A DNA stretch of 31,451 bases from positions 1 through 31,451 of the forward strand of contig JAFBAD010000050.1 in NCBI GenBank assembly GCA_019247975.1, read 5' to 3'. This document shows positions 9,436 to 18,140 of this stretch, piece by piece. The position numbers were made by a program, and so were the translations under genes. Below the pieces are notes generated by a model that was given only the letters and a program-made list of their open reading frames with translations, did not search any database and was not told the origin of the DNA. Source of the stretch: Acidimicrobiia bacterium. Lineage in GTDB: Bacteria; Actinomycetota; Acidimicrobiia; Acidimicrobiales; Iamiaceae. How positions within the stretch are numbered: position 1 is the stretch's first letter; each line of letters starts with the position of its first letter.

Positions 9436-10877
9436 ATCCCGGTCGGCACCTGGTCGTCGCCCGGGGCGACGCTGGCCGGTCCCACCGAGGCGACGTTCTG
9501 CTGGTTCAGCTCCTGCTGCGAACCGCCGGTGCCGGCAGCATCCGAGGACCCCTGGTCGGTCGGGCCGGTGCCGTTGTCGCTCGACGCCAGCGTCGTGGTG
9601 GTCGTGTCCCCGCCGCCGATCCGTCCGCCCTGGTTGGCGCTCGGCGGCTTGTAGCCCGGCGCGGTGTCGGCCGCCGGCGGAGGCGCCTTGTCCTTGTTGA
9701 ACGCTCCGGTGATCGTCGGGTTCGCGCACGAGTTGATCGGTGGCGGCTTCGGTGCCCCGGGGATCTGGCTCTCCGCGTCGAACCCGTACTGCACGAGGTT
9801 CTTCGGCAGCGGCGAGTAGCCGAGCTGCTCCGCCTTCTGCTGCCCGGTGCAGAGGAAGTAGAGGATGAACTTGCCGAGCACGTCGCCCTTGGCCTTGGTG
9901 AAGATGCCGGCTTCCGACGTCGGCACGATCATGTAGCTGTAGCTCGACACCGGATAGGTCCGGGGGTCGGGGTTCGTGTACACGCCGTCGAGCACCTGGG
10001 TGCGGTCCGACTTGATCTGCGCACGGGCCAGCGCGATGGCGACGTTGAGCGCGGTCGGCTGCGTGAAGTAGCCGGCCTGGTTCTGCACCGACGCCACCGG
10101 GAAGCCGCGCTGCTTGGCGTAGCCGTACTCGACGTAGGTGATGGCGCCGTCGTTGTACGGCGCGGCGACGGCGCTGGCGACACCGTCGGAGCCCGACTGC
10201 GCCTGGCTGCCCGGGAAGATCGGGTACAGCGACGTCGGGAGGCACGGGCTGAGGCCCATCTTCTTGTAGAAGGCGCAGTAGAGCGACGAGTAGCGCTTCG
10301 ACATGTAGAGGCTGAACTGCGCGGACGTGCCCGAGCCGTCGGAGCGCACGATCGGCTTGATCGTCTTGCTCGGGAAGGTCCGGCCGTTGTTGTCCTTGGT
10401 GATCGCCGGGTCGTTCCAGTTGGTGATGACGCCGGTGAAGATCTTGGTGACCGTCTCGCCGGAGAGCCGGAGGTCGGTCACCCGCTTGCCACCGACCTCG
10501 AGGTGGTACATGAACGAGGTGCCGCCCGCGACGATCGGCATGTACGCGTACGGCCGGGCCTTCGCCCGCTGGATCTCGTCGTAGAGGATGTTGCCGTCGC
10601 GGTCGCGCAGCTCCGGCTGGAACGGGATCTCGGACACGGCGAAGTCCGACTGGTTCTCGATGTAGAACTTCCGGCCGTTCGACGAGCCGTTCGGCGTGAA
10701 GTTGATGGAGAGGCCCTGGCGGGCGACATCGGTGGCCCACTGGGTCACCGCGATGGCGCTCCAGGTGGACCCGGACCCGTTGACCTGCGCGGCCGCGCCG
10801 GCCGGTCCGCCCGGCACGACGACCGCGCACACGGCGAACAGCGCGGCAAGGACCGCGAACAGCTTCCCTCGGAGCAT
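9348..10877 (-). CDS. pstS: PstS paralog 2: non-lipoprotein, with long low-complexity linker and C-terminal TM anchor
   Basis: Signal peptide without a lipobox; GSGSTW, NGSSNG, DFAVSE, RSDGSGTS, YPVSSYSY and GYSPLP; P/T/G/S linker followed by IYVGVIVLLLAVVFGPPAMSAALRRRRSD. Confidence 0.88.
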   Translation of the reverse strand: MLRGKLFAVLAALFAVCAVVVPGGPAGAAAQVNGSGSTWSAIAVTQWATDVARQGLSINFTPNGSSNGRKFYIENQSDFAVSEIPFQPELRDRDGNILYDEIQRAKARPYAYMPIVAGGTSFMYHLEVGGKRVTDLRLSGETVTKIFTGVITNWNDPAITKDNNGRTFPSKTIKPIVRSDGSGTSAQFSLYMSKRYSSLYCAFYKKMGLSPCLPTSLYPIFPGSQAQSGSDGVASAVAAPYNDGAITYVEYGYAKQRGFPVASVQNQAGYFTQPTALNVAIALARAQIKSDRTQVLDGVYTNPDPRTYPVSSYSYMIVPTSEAGIFTKAKGDVLGKFILYFLCTGQQKAEQLGYSPLPKNLVQYGFDAESQIPGAPKPPPINSCANPTITGAFNKDKAPPPAADTAPGYKPPSANQGGRIGGGDTTTTTLASSDNGTGPTDQGSSDAAGTGGSQQELNQQNVASVGPASVAPGDDQVPTGIYVGVIVLLLAVVFGPPAMSAALRRRRSD

Positions 10878-10890
10878 CGGTGACCTCTCT

Positions 10891-11706
10891 TCAGCCGAAG
10901 CGGCCCTGCACGTAGTCGAGCGTGCGGGGATCGGATGGGGTGGAGAACATCGCCTCGGTCGGCCCGGCCTCGACGATGCGTCCGGGCTCGTTCTCGGCGG
11001 CGAGGAAGAACGCGCAGTGGTGGGACACCCGCTGCGCCTGCTGCATGTTGTGGGTGACGATCACGATCGTCACCTCGTCGGAGATCTCGGCGATCGTCTC
11101 CTCGATGCGTCGCGTCGACGTGGGGTCGAGCGCGGAGCAGGGTTCGTCCATGAGCAGCACGCGCGGTTGCACCGCGAGCGCGCGTGCGATGCACAGCCGC
11201 TGCTGCTGGCCGCCCGACAGGGCGCCGCCCGCCTCGTCGAGGCGGTTGGCCACCTCCCGCCACAGTCCGGCCCGCTGCAGGCAGGACTCGACGATCTCGT
11301 CCGCCTTGTCGCCCCGGCGGACCTTGAGGCCGCAGAGCTTGAGGCCAGCGAGGACGTTGTCGGCGATGCTCATCGCCGGGAACGGGTTCGGCTTCTGGAA
11401 CACCATCCCGATCTGGCGGCGGGTCTCCGTCGACGTGCGCTTGCCGCGGTAGATGTCCTCGCCGTCGAGCTCGATCGATCCGGCGAGCGACGAACCGGGC
11501 ACGAGCTCGTGCATGCGGTTCAGGATGCGGAGGAACGTGGACTTGCCGCACCCGGACGGACCGATGAGCGCGGTCACGTCGCGGGAGCGGATGTCGATCG
11601 ACACCCGCTCGAGCACCTTGTGCGAACCGAACCACGCACTCACGTCGCGCGCCGCCATCGAAGCGGGAGTGCGGGTGAGGTCGACGAGGGTCTCTACGGC
11701 GGTCAC
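10891..11706 (-). CDS. pstB: Phosphate ABC transporter ATPase PstB (copy 2)
   Basis: [39 protein letters not shown] and YVQGRFG. GTG at 11706 has a GGAGGAGG RBS and overlaps the pstA2 stop. Confidence 0.93.
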   Translation of the reverse strand: MTAVETLVDLTRTPASMAARDVSAWFGSHKVLERVSIDIRSRDVTALIGPSGCGKSTFLRILNRMHELVPGSSLAGSIELDGEDIYRGKRTSTETRRQIGMVFQKPNPFPAMSIADNVLAGLKLCGLKVRRGDKADEIVESCLQRAGLWREVANRLDEAGGALSGGQQQRLCIARALAVQPRVLLMDEPCSALDPTSTRRIEETIAEISDEVTIVIVTHNMQQAQRVSHHCAFFLAAENEPGRIVEAGPTEAMFSTPSDPRTLDYVQGRFG

Positions 11707-12803
11707 GCGAACCTCCTCCGGGCGAGCCGGCGGGCGACGACGAACAGGACGAGCACGAGCAGGAGCAGCACGAGTGCGCCGGTCCACGCACGGGTGACCG
11801 ACGAGTCCGACGACGACCGGATCTGGTTGTAGACGAACACCGGCAGGGCCTCCTGCGGGCCCTTGAACGGGTTCCAGTTCATGTCGCTGTTGGTGCCGCT
11901 GGTCAGCAGCAGCGGTGCGGTCTCGCCCACCGCCCGGGCGACACCGAGGATCACGGCGGTCACGAGTCCCGCCCGGGCCGTGGGCAGGATCACCAGGCGG
12001 GCCATGCGCCACTCGCTCCCGCCCAGCGCCAGGGATCCTTCGCGGAGGCCGCCGGGCACGAGCCGCAGCACCACCTCGGCGGTGCGGGTGACGGTCGGCA
12101 GCATGAGCACGGTCAGGGCCAGGGCGGCCGGGAAGCCGGAGAAGTGCTGGTGCAGCCCGACGATGAAGAACGCGTAGATGAAGAGGCCGGCGACGATCGA
12201 CGGCACCGCGCTCATGGCGTCGACGATCAGGCGGACCGGTCGGGCCAGCCGACCGCCGATCTCGTTGAGGAACAGCGCGCAGGCGATGCCGAGCGGCACC
12301 GACACCAGCACCGCCAACCCGACCTGCTCGATGGTGCCGACGATCGCGTGCGCGCCACCGCCGTCGGTGGCCGGGGCCAGCGGGCCGGTGGTGTGGAGCG
12401 TCTGGGTGAAGAAGTGGGGGCGGAGCGCCTCGACGCCGCGGACGGTCGTGTACCCGACGATCAGGATGAGCGCCGCGACGACGAGCACCCCCGAGCTCGT
12501 GATGACGATGGAGGCCAGCTTGTCCTTGGCCGCGATCCAGCTGTGCCGGTCGCGCAGGACCAACGCCGCGAAGCCGATGAAGAGCACGTACCAGACGACG
12601 AAGAACCCGAGCCCCCCGCTGAGCGGGGTGAGGCGCTCGTAGCCGAGCCAGGCGAGGCAGAACGCAGCCAGCGCGCTGCCGACCACCGCGAAGAGGTCGT
12701 CGGGGTCGATCCGCCTGACGCGGATGCGGTGCCGCTCGTCGGCGTCGACGGGCTCGTCGACGTCCACCGGGCTGTCGATGCCGTCGCCTTGGAGGATCGT
12801 CAT
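11703..12803 (-). CDS. pstA: Phosphate ABC transporter permease PstA (copy 2) with extra N-terminal TM helices
   Basis: [29 protein letters not shown] and [15 protein letters not shown] at 12803 overlaps the pstC2 stop (ATGA). Confidence 0.9.
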   Translation of the reverse strand: MTILQGDGIDSPVDVDEPVDADERHRIRVRRIDPDDLFAVVGSALAAFCLAWLGYERLTPLSGGLGFFVVWYVLFIGFAALVLRDRHSWIAAKDKLASIVITSSGVLVVAALILIVGYTTVRGVEALRPHFFTQTLHTTGPLAPATDGGGAHAIVGTIEQVGLAVLVSVPLGIACALFLNEIGGRLARPVRLIVDAMSAVPSIVAGLFIYAFFIVGLHQHFSGFPAALALTVLMLPTVTRTAEVVLRLVPGGLREGSLALGGSEWRMARLVILPTARAGLVTAVILGVARAVGETAPLLLTSGTNSDMNWNPFKGPQEALPVFVYNQIRSSSDSSVTRAWTGALVLLLLVLVLFVVARRLARRRFA

Positions 12804-13759
12804 ATCTCGGTCGCCGCCCCGGAGCGGGACCGGCTCACGATCGTCGACGCGATGGCGTTGACGACGAGGGTCATGATGAAGAGCGCGAGGCCGGCGGCCA
12901 TGAGCGCGTGGATCTCCTTGTCGCTCGACTCGCTGAAGCGCAGCGCGATCAGGGCCGAGATGGAGTTGCCGCCCCGGTCGAGGATCTGCCACATGTGGTC
13001 GTAGATGGGCGAGATGATCAGGGTCACCGCGATCGTCTCGCCGAGGGCGCGACCGAGGCCCAGCATGGAGCCGCCGATGATCCCGCCCCGGCCGAAGGGC
13101 AGCACGACCGAGCGGATCATCCCCCAGCGGGTGCCGCCCAGCGCGAGGGCGCCTTCCTTCTCACCCGGCGGCGCCTGCGAGAACACCTCGCGGACGACGG
13201 CGGTGGTGATCGGGATGGTCATCAGCGACACGACGACCCCGGCGGTGAACGCGGTGCCGCCGAAGAGGTCGGTCGTGGTGTGGAAGATCGGGACGAACCC
13301 GAGGTGCGAGGTGAGCCACTCCGACACCGGCACCAGCCGGGGCTGGAGGAAGAAGCGGCCCCACAGGCCGTAGATCAGGCTCGGCACCGCAGCGAGCACG
13401 TCGATCGTCGAGGTGAGCACGCCGCGCACCTTGCGGGGGGCGTACTCGGTGACGAACAGGGCGGCGGCGATCGACACCGGCACCGCGATCACTAGGGCAA
13501 CCAGGGCGATCATCACCGTGCCGAGGAGGATCGAGGCGATCCCGAACCTGCCCTCGTTCGGGTTCCACTTCTGCTCGGTGAGGAAGCTGAACCCGGCCTC
13601 CTTGAGCGCGGGCAGACCCTCGCTCAGGAGGAAGAGACCGATGAGCGCCATGATCACGAGCACGGCGATGCCCGCGCTCCGCACGACGCCGCGGTAGACG
13701 CGATCCGGGCGCGACCGCTCGACGCGGTACTCGACCCGCGTCTCGTCGCGCTGAACCAC
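12800..13759 (-). CDS. pstC: Phosphate ABC transporter permease PstC (copy 2)
   Basis: [34 protein letters not shown] and [14 protein letters not shown] at 13759 follows GGAGG; ATG at 13789 is an alternative. Confidence 0.9.
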   Translation of the reverse strand: MVQRDETRVEYRVERSRPDRVYRGVVRSAGIAVLVIMALIGLFLLSEGLPALKEAGFSFLTEQKWNPNEGRFGIASILLGTVMIALVALVIAVPVSIAAALFVTEYAPRKVRGVLTSTIDVLAAVPSLIYGLWGRFFLQPRLVPVSEWLTSHLGFVPIFHTTTDLFGGTAFTAGVVVSLMTIPITTAVVREVFSQAPPGEKEGALALGGTRWGMIRSVVLPFGRGGIIGGSMLGLGRALGETIAVTLIISPIYDHMWQILDRGGNSISALIALRFSESSDKEIHALMAAGLALFIMTLVVNAIASTIVSRSRSGAATEI

Positions 13760-13794
13760 CCCGGCCTCCACGGAGCGCCACCCAATCATCCGTA

Positions 13795-13823
13795 GATGTA
13801 CGGGCGGCGAAGTCCGGCTGAAC
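13795..13823 (-). promoter_or_regulatory. PHO-box-like array in the divergent pstC2 / PBP-Ig promoter
   Basis: The minus strand reads GTTCAGC-n4-CTTCGCC-n4-GTACATC in exact 11-nt phase. Confidence 0.6.
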
Positions 13824-13873
13824 AGTGGATGCCACCGACCCGACGTCTCGCGAACCCGTGTTAGGTAACCGCC

Positions 13874-15847
13874 GTGTTTCGGCGCGCCCTCGTTCTCGTG
13901 TTCGCGACGTGTGGGTGGCTGCTCGTCATTCCCGCCGCGTCGCCGCCGTCGAACGCCGCCGACGGCCGGACGCTCAGCGCGACACCTGCCGACGGGCTCG
14001 GCAACGAGGTGGTGGCCGTGTCGTGGACCGGCTTCCAACCGTCGGTCGACGGCGCCTACACAGTGACGATCATGCAGTGCAAGGGCGCGGTGCCCTCGTC
14101 GCTGGCCGACTGCTACCAGACGTTCCGGCCGCCGGCCACGAACGACGACAACGGCAGCGCGGTTCCCGACGGTGTGACCCAGGCCGACGGCACCGGCACC
14201 TCGTTCATCGAGGTGCGCCCTGCGCTGCAGCTCCCCTCGCTCGACTGCACGGCGACCAGTCCCTGCTCGCTCGTGGCGTTCGAGAACGACGGCAGCGAGT
14301 ACCCGGCGGTCGGTCTCCCGACGACCGCCGCGACCACGACGCTCCACTTCGCCCGCAGCCCGGCCGACTGCCCGCCGGTCGACACCTTCGACGTGACGAC
14401 CGCCGGTGAGGCGTCGGCCTCCCAAGCCCTCTACTCGTGGAGCGCGCAGACGTGCACCGGTGCTGACGCGCTGCACGTCGACTACACGGAGTCGAGCTCC
14501 GTCGACGGACGCGAGAACTTCCTCAACGGGCTGATCGACGTGGGCATCGCGTCCGGGCCCGCTGACGCGGCCGCGGCTGCTGCGTCGGGCCGGTCCCCCG
14601 AGTACGCCCCGATCGACCTCACCGGTGTCGTCGTCGCCTTCAACGTGTACGACGCGGTGACCGGTGAGCGCATCACCGACATGAACCTGACGCCCCGGCT
14701 CGTCGCCATCCTGATCGCCGGTGACCAGTTCGGCGGACCGGCCGAGACGCTCTTCTCCGACCCCGAGTTCCTCGCCATCAACCCGGGCCACAACTGGCCG
14801 TCGTCCACGGTGCCCCCGCTGCTCCGGGCCGAGCGCAACGACGACGCCACGCTCCTCACCCGCTGGCTGAACACCGACGGCGCGGCCCGCCAGTTCCTCG
14901 ACGGCAACGACTCGGTGGCCGAGGTCGACCCCTACTGGAAGGGCATCGACTACCCGACCGACACCTTCGAGGCCCGCGACCAGTCGACCCTCGGCAGCTA
15001 CAACCCCCGCTCAGGCACGATCACGAACGCCCGCCGGCTGTTCAACATGCAGGCGCCGGGCGACGGTCAGGTCGCGACACCGAGCTTCCAGGGCCTGCTC
15101 GGCGTGCTCGACGCGGTGACCGCCCGCAAGTTCGGCATCCCCACGGCCAAGCTGCGGCCCGCCTCGACGTCGACCTCCATGGCCACGGACACGACCGGCT
15201 TCGTCGCCGCCGACGGCATCGGCCTGACCTCGGGCCTCGCGGCGATGCAGAGCGACGACGCGACCGGCACGAAGGCGGCCGACGTGTCCGCCGCGGCTGC
15301 GTACCCGCTGACCAAGATCGACTACGCGATGGTGCCCACCACGGGCATGTCGGTCGAGAAGGCCGCGAAGATCGCGCAGTTCGTCGAGTACGCGAGCAAC
15401 CAGGGTCAGCAGCCCGACGTGCTCGCGGAGGGCTACCTGCCGCTGACGACCGACCTGCAGTCCGAGGCGGGCCAGGTGGCCGACGCGGTGAAGGCGGGCG
15501 GCAGCGACACGCCGCCTCCGCTCGGCGGTGGCGACACCCCGCCCGACACCGCCGACCCCGAGCTGCCGTTCGATCCCGGGGCGCTCGGCCCGACCGACTC
15601 GTCGGACAGCCCTTCGTTCGACGACGGTTCGACCCCGTCGGACCCGGCCACCGGCGGCTCGAGCAACCCGACCAAGACCTCGGACAAGGGCGGTAGCGGC
15701 AACGAGACCGCGGCGCCGTTGCCGATCAGCAAGTTCAAGGGTGGGGACGGCCAGGCGATCCTTCCGATCGTGCTGCTGATCGGGCTGGCAGCGCTCGTGT
15801 TCGGGCCCGGTCTGACCTGGTGGAGCGGGAGGAGGCGGCGGGTATGA
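13874..15847 (+). CDS. Exported protein: neocarzinostatin-like Ig domain + degenerate PstS-fold domain + linker + C-terminal TM anchor
   Basis: Signal peptide; TLSATPADGL..VAVSWTGF..IMQC..DC and LDC...C resemble the neocarzinostatin apoprotein fold. AYPLTKIDY and GQ..LAEGYLPL match the PstS C-lobe. Tail is AILPIVLLIGLAALVFGPGLTWWSGRRRRV. Confidence 0.75.
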   Translation: MFRRALVLVFATCGWLLVIPAASPPSNAADGRTLSATPADGLGNEVVAVSWTGFQPSVDGAYTVTIMQCKGAVPSSLADCYQTFRPPATNDDNGSAVPDGVTQADGTGTSFIEVRPALQLPSLDCTATSPCSLVAFENDGSEYPAVGLPTTAATTTLHFARSPADCPPVDTFDVTTAGEASASQALYSWSAQTCTGADALHVDYTESSSVDGRENFLNGLIDVGIASGPADAAAAAASGRSPEYAPIDLTGVVVAFNVYDAVTGERITDMNLTPRLVAILIAGDQFGGPAETLFSDPEFLAINPGHNWPSSTVPPLLRAERNDDATLLTRWLNTDGAARQFLDGNDSVAEVDPYWKGIDYPTDTFEARDQSTLGSYNPRSGTITNARRLFNMQAPGDGQVATPSFQGLLGVLDAVTARKFGIPTAKLRPASTSTSMATDTTGFVAADGIGLTSGLAAMQSDDATGTKAADVSAAAAYPLTKIDYAMVPTTGMSVEKAAKIAQFVEYASNQGQQPDVLAEGYLPLTTDLQSEAGQVADAVKAGGSDTPPPLGGGDTPPDTADPELPFDPGALGPTDSSDSPSFDDGSTPSDPATGGSSNPTKTSDKGGSGNETAAPLPISKFKGGDGQAILPIVLLIGLAALVFGPGLTWWSGRRRRV

Positions 15848-16782
15848 CCTCGATCATCGAGGACCGCGAGGACGACCTCCGACCGACCACCTCCACCCCC
15901 GAGCCCGACGCGGTCGCCACCGACGAGCCCTCCGCCGCGAGCAACGGCCCGCTCGGACCCGACGTCGTCCGCACGGTCGGGCGGGGCCTGACCGTGCTCG
16001 GCCTCCTGGTGCTCGCGTTCGTGGTGTACCTCGTCGCGATCACCCCGCTCATGCAGGGGCGTGACCAGCGCGGCCTCGATCGCCGGTTCCGCAGCTACGT
16101 CGAGACGCAGCAGACCTGGATCGGCGGCGAGATCCCCGAGGGCGAGCCGGTCGCGAAGCTGGAGATCCCGAGCATCGGCTTCCAGCAGATCGTCATCGAG
16201 GGAACCGACGGATCACAGCTCCGCAAGGGCCCGGGTCACGAGCGCACGTCCGCCCTCCCCGGGCAGGCGGGCAACGCGGTGATCGAGTGCCGCCGGGTCA
16301 CCTACGGCGCGCCCTGCCTCCACCTCGACCGGCTCGCCGAGGGCGACCTCATCGAGGCGACGACCGGACAGGCCATCACCCGCTACCTCGTGACGAAGGT
16401 GTTCGAGGTGTCCCGCAAGGGCGTGGACGTCATCGACCCGACGCGGGACAACCGGCTCACGTTGGTGACGTCCGCGCCGCTCCTGCGGGCCAGCCGCCGT
16501 CTCGTCGTCACCGCCGAGCTGCAGCGCAAGGAACCACTGCCGACCGAAGCGGCCCGACCGACCGACCTGCGCACCGACGAGCTCGGCCTGCACGGCGACC
16601 GCTCGGGCGGGTTCGGCGTGCTGCTGTGGCTCGAGGCGCTCGCGCTGGCTGCGGTCGGGGCGGTGCTCCTCCGCCGGCGCTGGTCGCGCTGGACGACCTG
16701 GTTGGTGATGGCGCCGATCATCGCCCTGCTCGTGGTGCTGGTGTTCGACAGCGTCGCCCCCGTCCTGCCCTCCACGCTCTGA
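15844..16782 (+). CDS. Class E sortase-like protein with substituted catalytic residues and extra C-terminal TM helices
   Basis: N-terminal TM, LEIPSIG..QIVIEG, LRKGPGH, LPGQAGNAVI, TYGAP..LD.L..GD and RLTLVTS. ATG at 15844 overlaps the upstream stop (ATGA). Confidence 0.85.
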   Translation: MTSIIEDREDDLRPTTSTPEPDAVATDEPSAASNGPLGPDVVRTVGRGLTVLGLLVLAFVVYLVAITPLMQGRDQRGLDRRFRSYVETQQTWIGGEIPEGEPVAKLEIPSIGFQQIVIEGTDGSQLRKGPGHERTSALPGQAGNAVIECRRVTYGAPCLHLDRLAEGDLIEATTGQAITRYLVTKVFEVSRKGVDVIDPTRDNRLTLVTSAPLLRASRRLVVTAELQRKEPLPTEAARPTDLRTDELGLHGDRSGGFGVLLWLEALALAAVGAVLLRRRWSRWTTWLVMAPIIALLVVLVFDSVAPVLPSTL

Positions 16783-16830
16783 GTGCGGCGCGCCGCGCGG
16801 TGCGCAAGCGGCGTCCATTCCTCCCCCGAT

Positions 16831-16870
16831 GTTCACCCTGACGTCGGGGAGAGGCCCCCTCCGTTTCACC
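16831..16870 (+). promoter_or_regulatory. PHO-box-like units upstream of the PstS-fold lipoprotein
   Basis: GTTCACC at 16831 and TTTCACC at 16864, 33 nt apart (3 x 11). The intervening units are poor. Confidence 0.5.
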
Positions 16871-16889
16871 TCCGAGGCGTAGTCGTTTC

Positions 16890-16912
16890 GTCGGCGAGAT
16901 CTTCTCGCCGAC
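16890..16912 (+). other. Perfect 10-bp hairpin in the presumed 5' leader
   Basis: GTCGGCGAGA-TCT-TCTCGCCGAC. Confidence 0.6.
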
Positions 16913-16957
16913 CACGGCGCCCGGAGGGGGCGCCCTGAGCACAATGGGAGTCAGAAC

Positions 16958-18082
16958 TTGAGGAAATCCTTCAAGGTGCTGGGTCTGCTGATCGCCGTCA
17001 TCGCCGGCGCAGCGACCCTCACCGGGTGTCAGAGCGGGGACTCGATCAACGGACCGGGGTCGGACACGATCTTCGACGTGATGAAGGTCCTCACCCAGCA
17101 GTACAACGACAGCGGCAACACCGGTGGCGACAAGGCGTTCGTGCCCGGCAACAAGCTGACCGGTGACCAGAGCTACACCGTGTCCGGTGACAGCCACTGC
17201 GGCAAGATCACCTACAACGCGAGCAACCAGCCCCCGGACGGCTCGTCGGCGGGCATCAACGCCCTCGTCGCCGACACCGACGGCTGCGTCGACTGGGCCC
17301 GGTCGTCCCGCGGCCGGAGCTCCAGCGATCCGTCGAACCTCGAGTTCTACGCGTTCGCGAAGGATGCCGTGAGCTGGGCCCGCTTCGGCGGCTCGTGCCC
17401 CGGCGGTGACGCCGGTCCCGCAGGCTGCGGACCGACCAACCTCACCACCGCGCAGCTCAAGGGCATCTTCATCTGCGACCAGCCCGGTGGCCTGCCCAAG
17501 TTCACCAACTGGGCCCAGGTCGGCGGCGACAACGAGCCCATCACGCGGTACCTCCCGCAGATCGGCTCGGGCACGCTGTCGTTCTTCGAGACCCGCATCC
17601 TCGGGCTCGCGAGCGCCCAGCAGGGCGTCGTCGACGACACGAGCTGCGCCCACCGGCCGACGCGGGCCCAGGAGAACTCCGGCAACCTCGTCGCCGACAG
17701 CGACAAGGTCCGGACGATCCTGCCGTACTCGTTCGCGCAGATCACCTCGCAGGGCAACGGAACCGTTCCCGACATCCGCGGTGGGGCCGTGATCGGCAAC
17801 ATCAACGGCGTCGCCCCGTCGAAGACGACGGTCGGCAACAACTCGTTCCTCGGTGTCCGCTACGTCTACAACGTGGCCAAGACGACCAGCCCGTCCTACG
17901 ACCGGGTGATCAACTACATCGGCGTCGCTCCCACCTCCGATGGTGGCAACGGCTTCCTGTGCGCCAACAACGGTGACGTGCAGAGCACGATCAGCAAGTA
18001 CGGCTTCGTGCCGCTGAGCCTCGCTCCGGCCGGCCCCGGCCTGCCGAGCAGCCGCTGCCGCAAGAACCCGCCGCCGCTGTAA
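16958..18082 (+). CDS. PstS-fold substrate-binding lipoprotein, Cys-rich (paralog 3)
   Basis: Lipobox LTGC; INGPGSDT, VDWARSSR, LPQIGSGT and VRYVYNV. GGGAG RBS 7 nt before TTG. Confidence 0.78.
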   Translation: MRKSFKVLGLLIAVIAGAATLTGCQSGDSINGPGSDTIFDVMKVLTQQYNDSGNTGGDKAFVPGNKLTGDQSYTVSGDSHCGKITYNASNQPPDGSSAGINALVADTDGCVDWARSSRGRSSSDPSNLEFYAFAKDAVSWARFGGSCPGGDAGPAGCGPTNLTTAQLKGIFICDQPGGLPKFTNWAQVGGDNEPITRYLPQIGSGTLSFFETRILGLASAQQGVVDDTSCAHRPTRAQENSGNLVADSDKVRTILPYSFAQITSQGNGTVPDIRGGAVIGNINGVAPSKTTVGNNSFLGVRYVYNVAKTTSPSYDRVINYIGVAPTSDGGNGFLCANNGDVQSTISKYGFVPLSLAPAGPGLPSSRCRKNPPPL

Positions 18083-18106
18083 CCGAACCCCAACCGAACC
18101 ACCACT

Positions 18107-18138
18107 GAGCGAGGGCCCGGTTCGCCGGGCCCTCGTTC
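18107..18138 (+). terminator. Strong hairpin after the PstS-fold lipoprotein gene
   Basis: GAGCGAGGGCCCGG-TTCG-CCGGGCCCTCGTTC: a 14-bp stem with one G-U pair and a UUCG loop. Confidence 0.7.
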
Positions 18139-18140
18139 GC

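Noticed and set aside
9437-9451. VPTG in PstS2 and LPISK in the 657-aa protein as LPxTG sorting motifs
   Set aside because: Neither fits LPxTG or LAxTG, they do not resemble each other, and the adjacent sortase lacks its catalytic Cys and His. Only the VFGP-x7-RRRR match was kept.
12800-14791. 663-aa PstC ORF as given in the track (likewise the long N-termini given for regX3, surE, pstB1, pstA1, pstA2, pstB2, htrA and whiB)
   Set aside because: The extensions overlap real genes. RBS and stop/start overlaps support the shorter starts reported.
18081-18100. AACCGAACC direct repeat at 11-nt spacing (GTTCGGT units on the minus strand)
   Set aside because: Only a 4/7 match to GTTCACC, overlapping the pstS3 stop and pointing antisense. 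Too weak to call a PHO box.
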